A stretch of DNA of 64,000 nt from NCBI GenBank assembly GCA_907165135.1, contig OU015568.1, positions 4,278,001 to 4,342,000 on the forward strand, given 5' to 3'. The DNA comes from Oikopleura dioica. Its lineage: Eukaryota; Animalia; Chordata. How positions within the stretch are numbered: the first letter of the stretch is position 1; each line of letters starts with the position of its first letter. The notes beneath the pieces are model-generated. The model searched no databases, had not been told where the DNA came from, and worked only from the letters and a program-made list of their open reading frames with translations. Of the stretch, positions 61,093-64,000 are shown piece after piece. Position numbers and translations under genes: made by a program.

Positions 61093-63167
61093 ATGGATGA
61101 AAAACTATCAAGAGAGTCTTCAGAGAGTTCTCAAAATGAAAACGAGAAAGTTAGCGAAAAAGAAGAAAGCAAATATGGGTTCTTTTTTTACTTCAAATTT
61201 CTTCAGGTACTCGCTTTCAAATTCATAAATTTCCAAAGTTAGTGTTTTAATTCGATGAACTGGTTCGTTTTCTTCCTTTTTATGATGATCGCCGCAAATG
61301 GCTTTGGCGTAAATGGCGCTCTTCTAGCATGCGTTTCTACAATCGAAAAACGCTTTGGATTCAACTCGAAGCAGTCCGGTTTGATCATCGCCGCGTATGA
61401 TATCGGTTATCTTGTCTTTGCGTTTCCTTTCGGTTGGTTGTCGAAAAAGATCTCTCTTGGCGGCTCTTTGGGGCCAGCTGGAGTAGCAATTGCGCTGGGT
61501 GGTGCGCTATATTTTATTCCTCATTTCGGGACTCCAAATGCTCCGATTTTGGGGGAGGAGGATTCAGAACCCAACGTTTGCTCCCTTTCTAGAGAAAATC
61601 ATGTTTTTGAAGCGATTGATCAATCTGGGTGGCTAGGAAAGGGTTGACAAAAAGAGTTTTATAGCATAAACTAGAAGCTTCTTTTGACCTTTTTTTGAGC
61701 CTGTTTTATCATCGCTGGAATTTTAACTGGAATGGGTAACAGTGTTCTTTGGACAAGAGGCAAGTCTACCCAACTTCAATTTTGATGCAACCCTTCTTTT
61801 TTCAGGAGTAACAGCGGCAGAGGACCAAACAAACGAGCAAAAAGGAGGAGTAAACATATCAATCTGCAACGGCGGCTCTGTTGCAGGACCTTTGCTCGGA
61901 ATATTCATCAGCGTTTTCGTCCTCGGCATTTGGACGGATATCTCTTATCACGAATCTGTCGATCTTGACCCAAGCGATCCGAACTGGATCGGAGCCTGGT
62001 GGTTGCCATTTTTGATTCAGTTTCTTTTCGCTTTTCTGACTTTTCCGTTTCTCTTTGGTTATCCGAAAGTGCTACCAGAAGCGCCAGAGAGGAAGAGGAG
62101 TGAGAAGACGGATTTCTGGAGCGAATTCAAAGCGACTAAAGTTGTCTTGAAAAATGCTTGTTGGTGGTTTTGCTCGTTTGGTGCAATTTGTGATACTTTC
62201 ACAACGGCTGCTCTGATGGGCTACGGAATGAAATTTCTCCAAGAAACATATTCCATTTCCGCTTCTGTCGCTGGACTTTGCGGTGGCTTGTGCGCTGTTG
62301 GAGGTCTTATTGGCTGTCTGATTCCGATTCCTTTTGGAACTTTCAAATTGCAAAGCTACAAGTTGCTCTTTATCTGCTTTTTGACCTCTGTCGCCACATT
62401 GGTTGTTTATTTGCCGAGTTTGTACCGATTTCCTTGCGACAATCAGGAAATTTACGGTGTTTTCGATTCAAGTGGAAATCCAATCGGCTCTGAAGAGGCT
62501 GATTTATCCTCTTGCCTTTCGGGATGTTCCTGTAAAAATGAAATTTTCGAACCAGTTTGTAACGAGGAATCGGCCGTAACTTACTTTTCTCCTTGCCATG
62601 CTGGTTGTCTCGATTCAAATTTGACCGATTGCCAATGCAACGATTATCAAGTCTCGAAATCTCTTACCGATGGTTTTTGTGAAAACGCGATTGAATGTGA
62701 TTCGCTTTTGAAAATTTCACTTTGCTTCGTTTTCGTTTTTGCGTTTTTATATGTTCCATTGCCGCTCGTTCCGGTAATTTTCATTATTGTGAAAATTTGA
62801 CCTTTTGATTTCAGACAGCTTATTTGCGTCAATTCAACTCCGACGAAAAACCAGCAGCAACGAGCTTGAACCTCATCCTCACCCGCTTGCTCGGAAGCAT
62901 CCCCGCTCCAATCATCGTTGGCGCTGTCATCGACGAAGCCTGCGTTGTTTGGAGCGAAACAAAAGATGGCTCTGATGGAAATTGCTTGATTTATGATAAC
63001 AGGCAGCTTGTTCATGCATTTTCTGTCCTCCGTAAGAAAATTTTTTGACTATAAAAATTTAAGAACTGGATTTTCTAGCACTGACGATGAAAGCCACTGC
63101 TGGACTGTGCTATCTCATCGCTTCGTATTTTGCGAGAAAGAATGATCTTATGAAAATTGAGAATTAA
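61093..63167 (+). CDS. SLCO: Organic anion transporting polypeptide (OATP/SLCO), apparently intact 12-TM
   Basis: STIEKRFGFNSKQSGLI, DPNWIGAWWLPFL, Kazal-like CSCKNEIFEPVC...FSPCHAGC, TRLLGSIPAPIIVGAVIDEACVVW...GNCLIYDN. Stop at 63165-63167. Confidence 0.9.
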
Positions 63168-63457
63168 ACGATTCAAAAAGAGATTGATAAAAGAAAAGAT
63201 TCTACTCAAAAAATTGAACCTAATAAAGAAACATCATTTTAACTGAGAAGAATTAGAATTGTCCATGTAACATGGATCATGTTTTGTTTTTTGTTATTTA
63301 TTACAGATCATGAATACATGTGAAATACATCGATAGTTGTTTCGAGGATATGGAAATTTGAAGATGTAATGAGTTTTTTCTCATTGTTCATAAGACGGTC
63401 TGTTCTTCATAGTGAAGCAGCTAGTGGATTTGCGCGTATCTTGCATCACCAAATAGT

Positions 63458-64000
63458 TCACCATTCTGAAAGATCATTTGATTTCGACAAAATTTTGCAG
63501 CTTACGAATCTAGTTGCGCTTTTTGGCCGGTTAAATCTCTCTTGCTGAATGTTCATTGAATAACTGGACATGATCGAATAGTAAAAGACCGGCGCGTTCA
63601 CGCAAATTTCACTTTCGAGCATCGACATTATTTCAAATCTGAGGCTTTCGAATTTTTCCCCACAGGAATCTTCGAATTCTTCTCTCATTAGTTGGTCCAT
63701 CTCGACTTGCGAAACAATCGGGATCAGTCCTTTTCGCGCGAAGGATTTGCCGACGCCTTCAATCAGCGAGATCTCAGACGGAGGAGCGGCAATGTAAATG
63801 AAGTCGAATTCCTCTTCAAGACTGGACAGGTACGCCTCGATCTCATCCGAAAGCTTCTCGGAATCGCGCATGATCTCGAAGTCTTCGCAAATTTTAAAAT
63901 CCGGTCTTCGTTTGCACTGCTCTTCTTTCCAGTCTTTTTCGTCGTATCGCCAGTGGACGGCCATGAAATGAGGTGATTCTTTTTCTCCGCCGTATTTTCG
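63458..64000 (-). CDS. O-fucosyltransferase family (POFUT2-like) C-terminal part; 5' end lies outside the window
   Basis: FMAVHWRY, FIYIAAPP and SMLESEICVNAPVFYYSIMSSYSMNIQQER match the GDP-fucose-binding C-terminal motifs of O-FucT families. Confidence 0.7.
   Translation of the reverse strand, partial: RKYGGEKESPHFMAVHWRYDEKDWKEEQCKRRPDFKICEDFEIMRDSEKLSDEIEAYLSSLEEEFDFIYIAAPPSEISLIEGVGKSFARKGLIPIVSQVEMDQLMREEFEDSCGEKFESLRFEIMSMLESEICVNAPVFYYSIMSSYSMNIQQERFNRPKSATRFVSCKILSKSNDLSEW

Noticed and set aside
1-64000. tRNA, rRNA, snRNA or SL RNA genes
   Set aside because: No convincing cloverleaf with A/B boxes or recognisable rRNA/snRNA sequence seen by eye; tRNAscan-SE and Infernal would be needed to exclude them.

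Overview
AT-rich (by eye), intron-containing animal genomic DNA, not prokaryotic. Very short introns (about 40-70 nt), several GA-AG and GC-AG introns, a Tor-like Ty3/gypsy LTR element, a ZP-domain secreted protein and tightly packed co-oriented genes point to the larvacean tunicate Oikopleura (inference; no search run). Recognisable genes are: an SK/KCNN-like K+ channel with an atypical pore signature; a thioredoxin/PDI-like ORF apparently spliced in frame to a ZP domain; an uncharacterised Cys/His-motif protein; a tetraspanin-like 4TM protein; two tandem paralogous small secreted proteins; LTA4H; a CLK/LAMMER kinase; a head-to-head OATP/SLCO pair, one copy disrupted; and a partial O-fucosyltransferase. 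Intergenic DNA and introns are dense with non-autonomous DNA transposons (MULE-, hAT-, CACTG- and TTAA/TA-GGG-type MITEs and foldbacks). A young LTR element at 45243-50279 has identical LTRs and an open gag-protease frame but a gutted pol. A 3-kb hAT-type element sits in the last CLK intron, and its target-site duplication (TSD) copies the splice donor. No tRNA, rRNA or CRISPR array was found. All exon boundaries were derived by hand and need RNA-seq confirmation.
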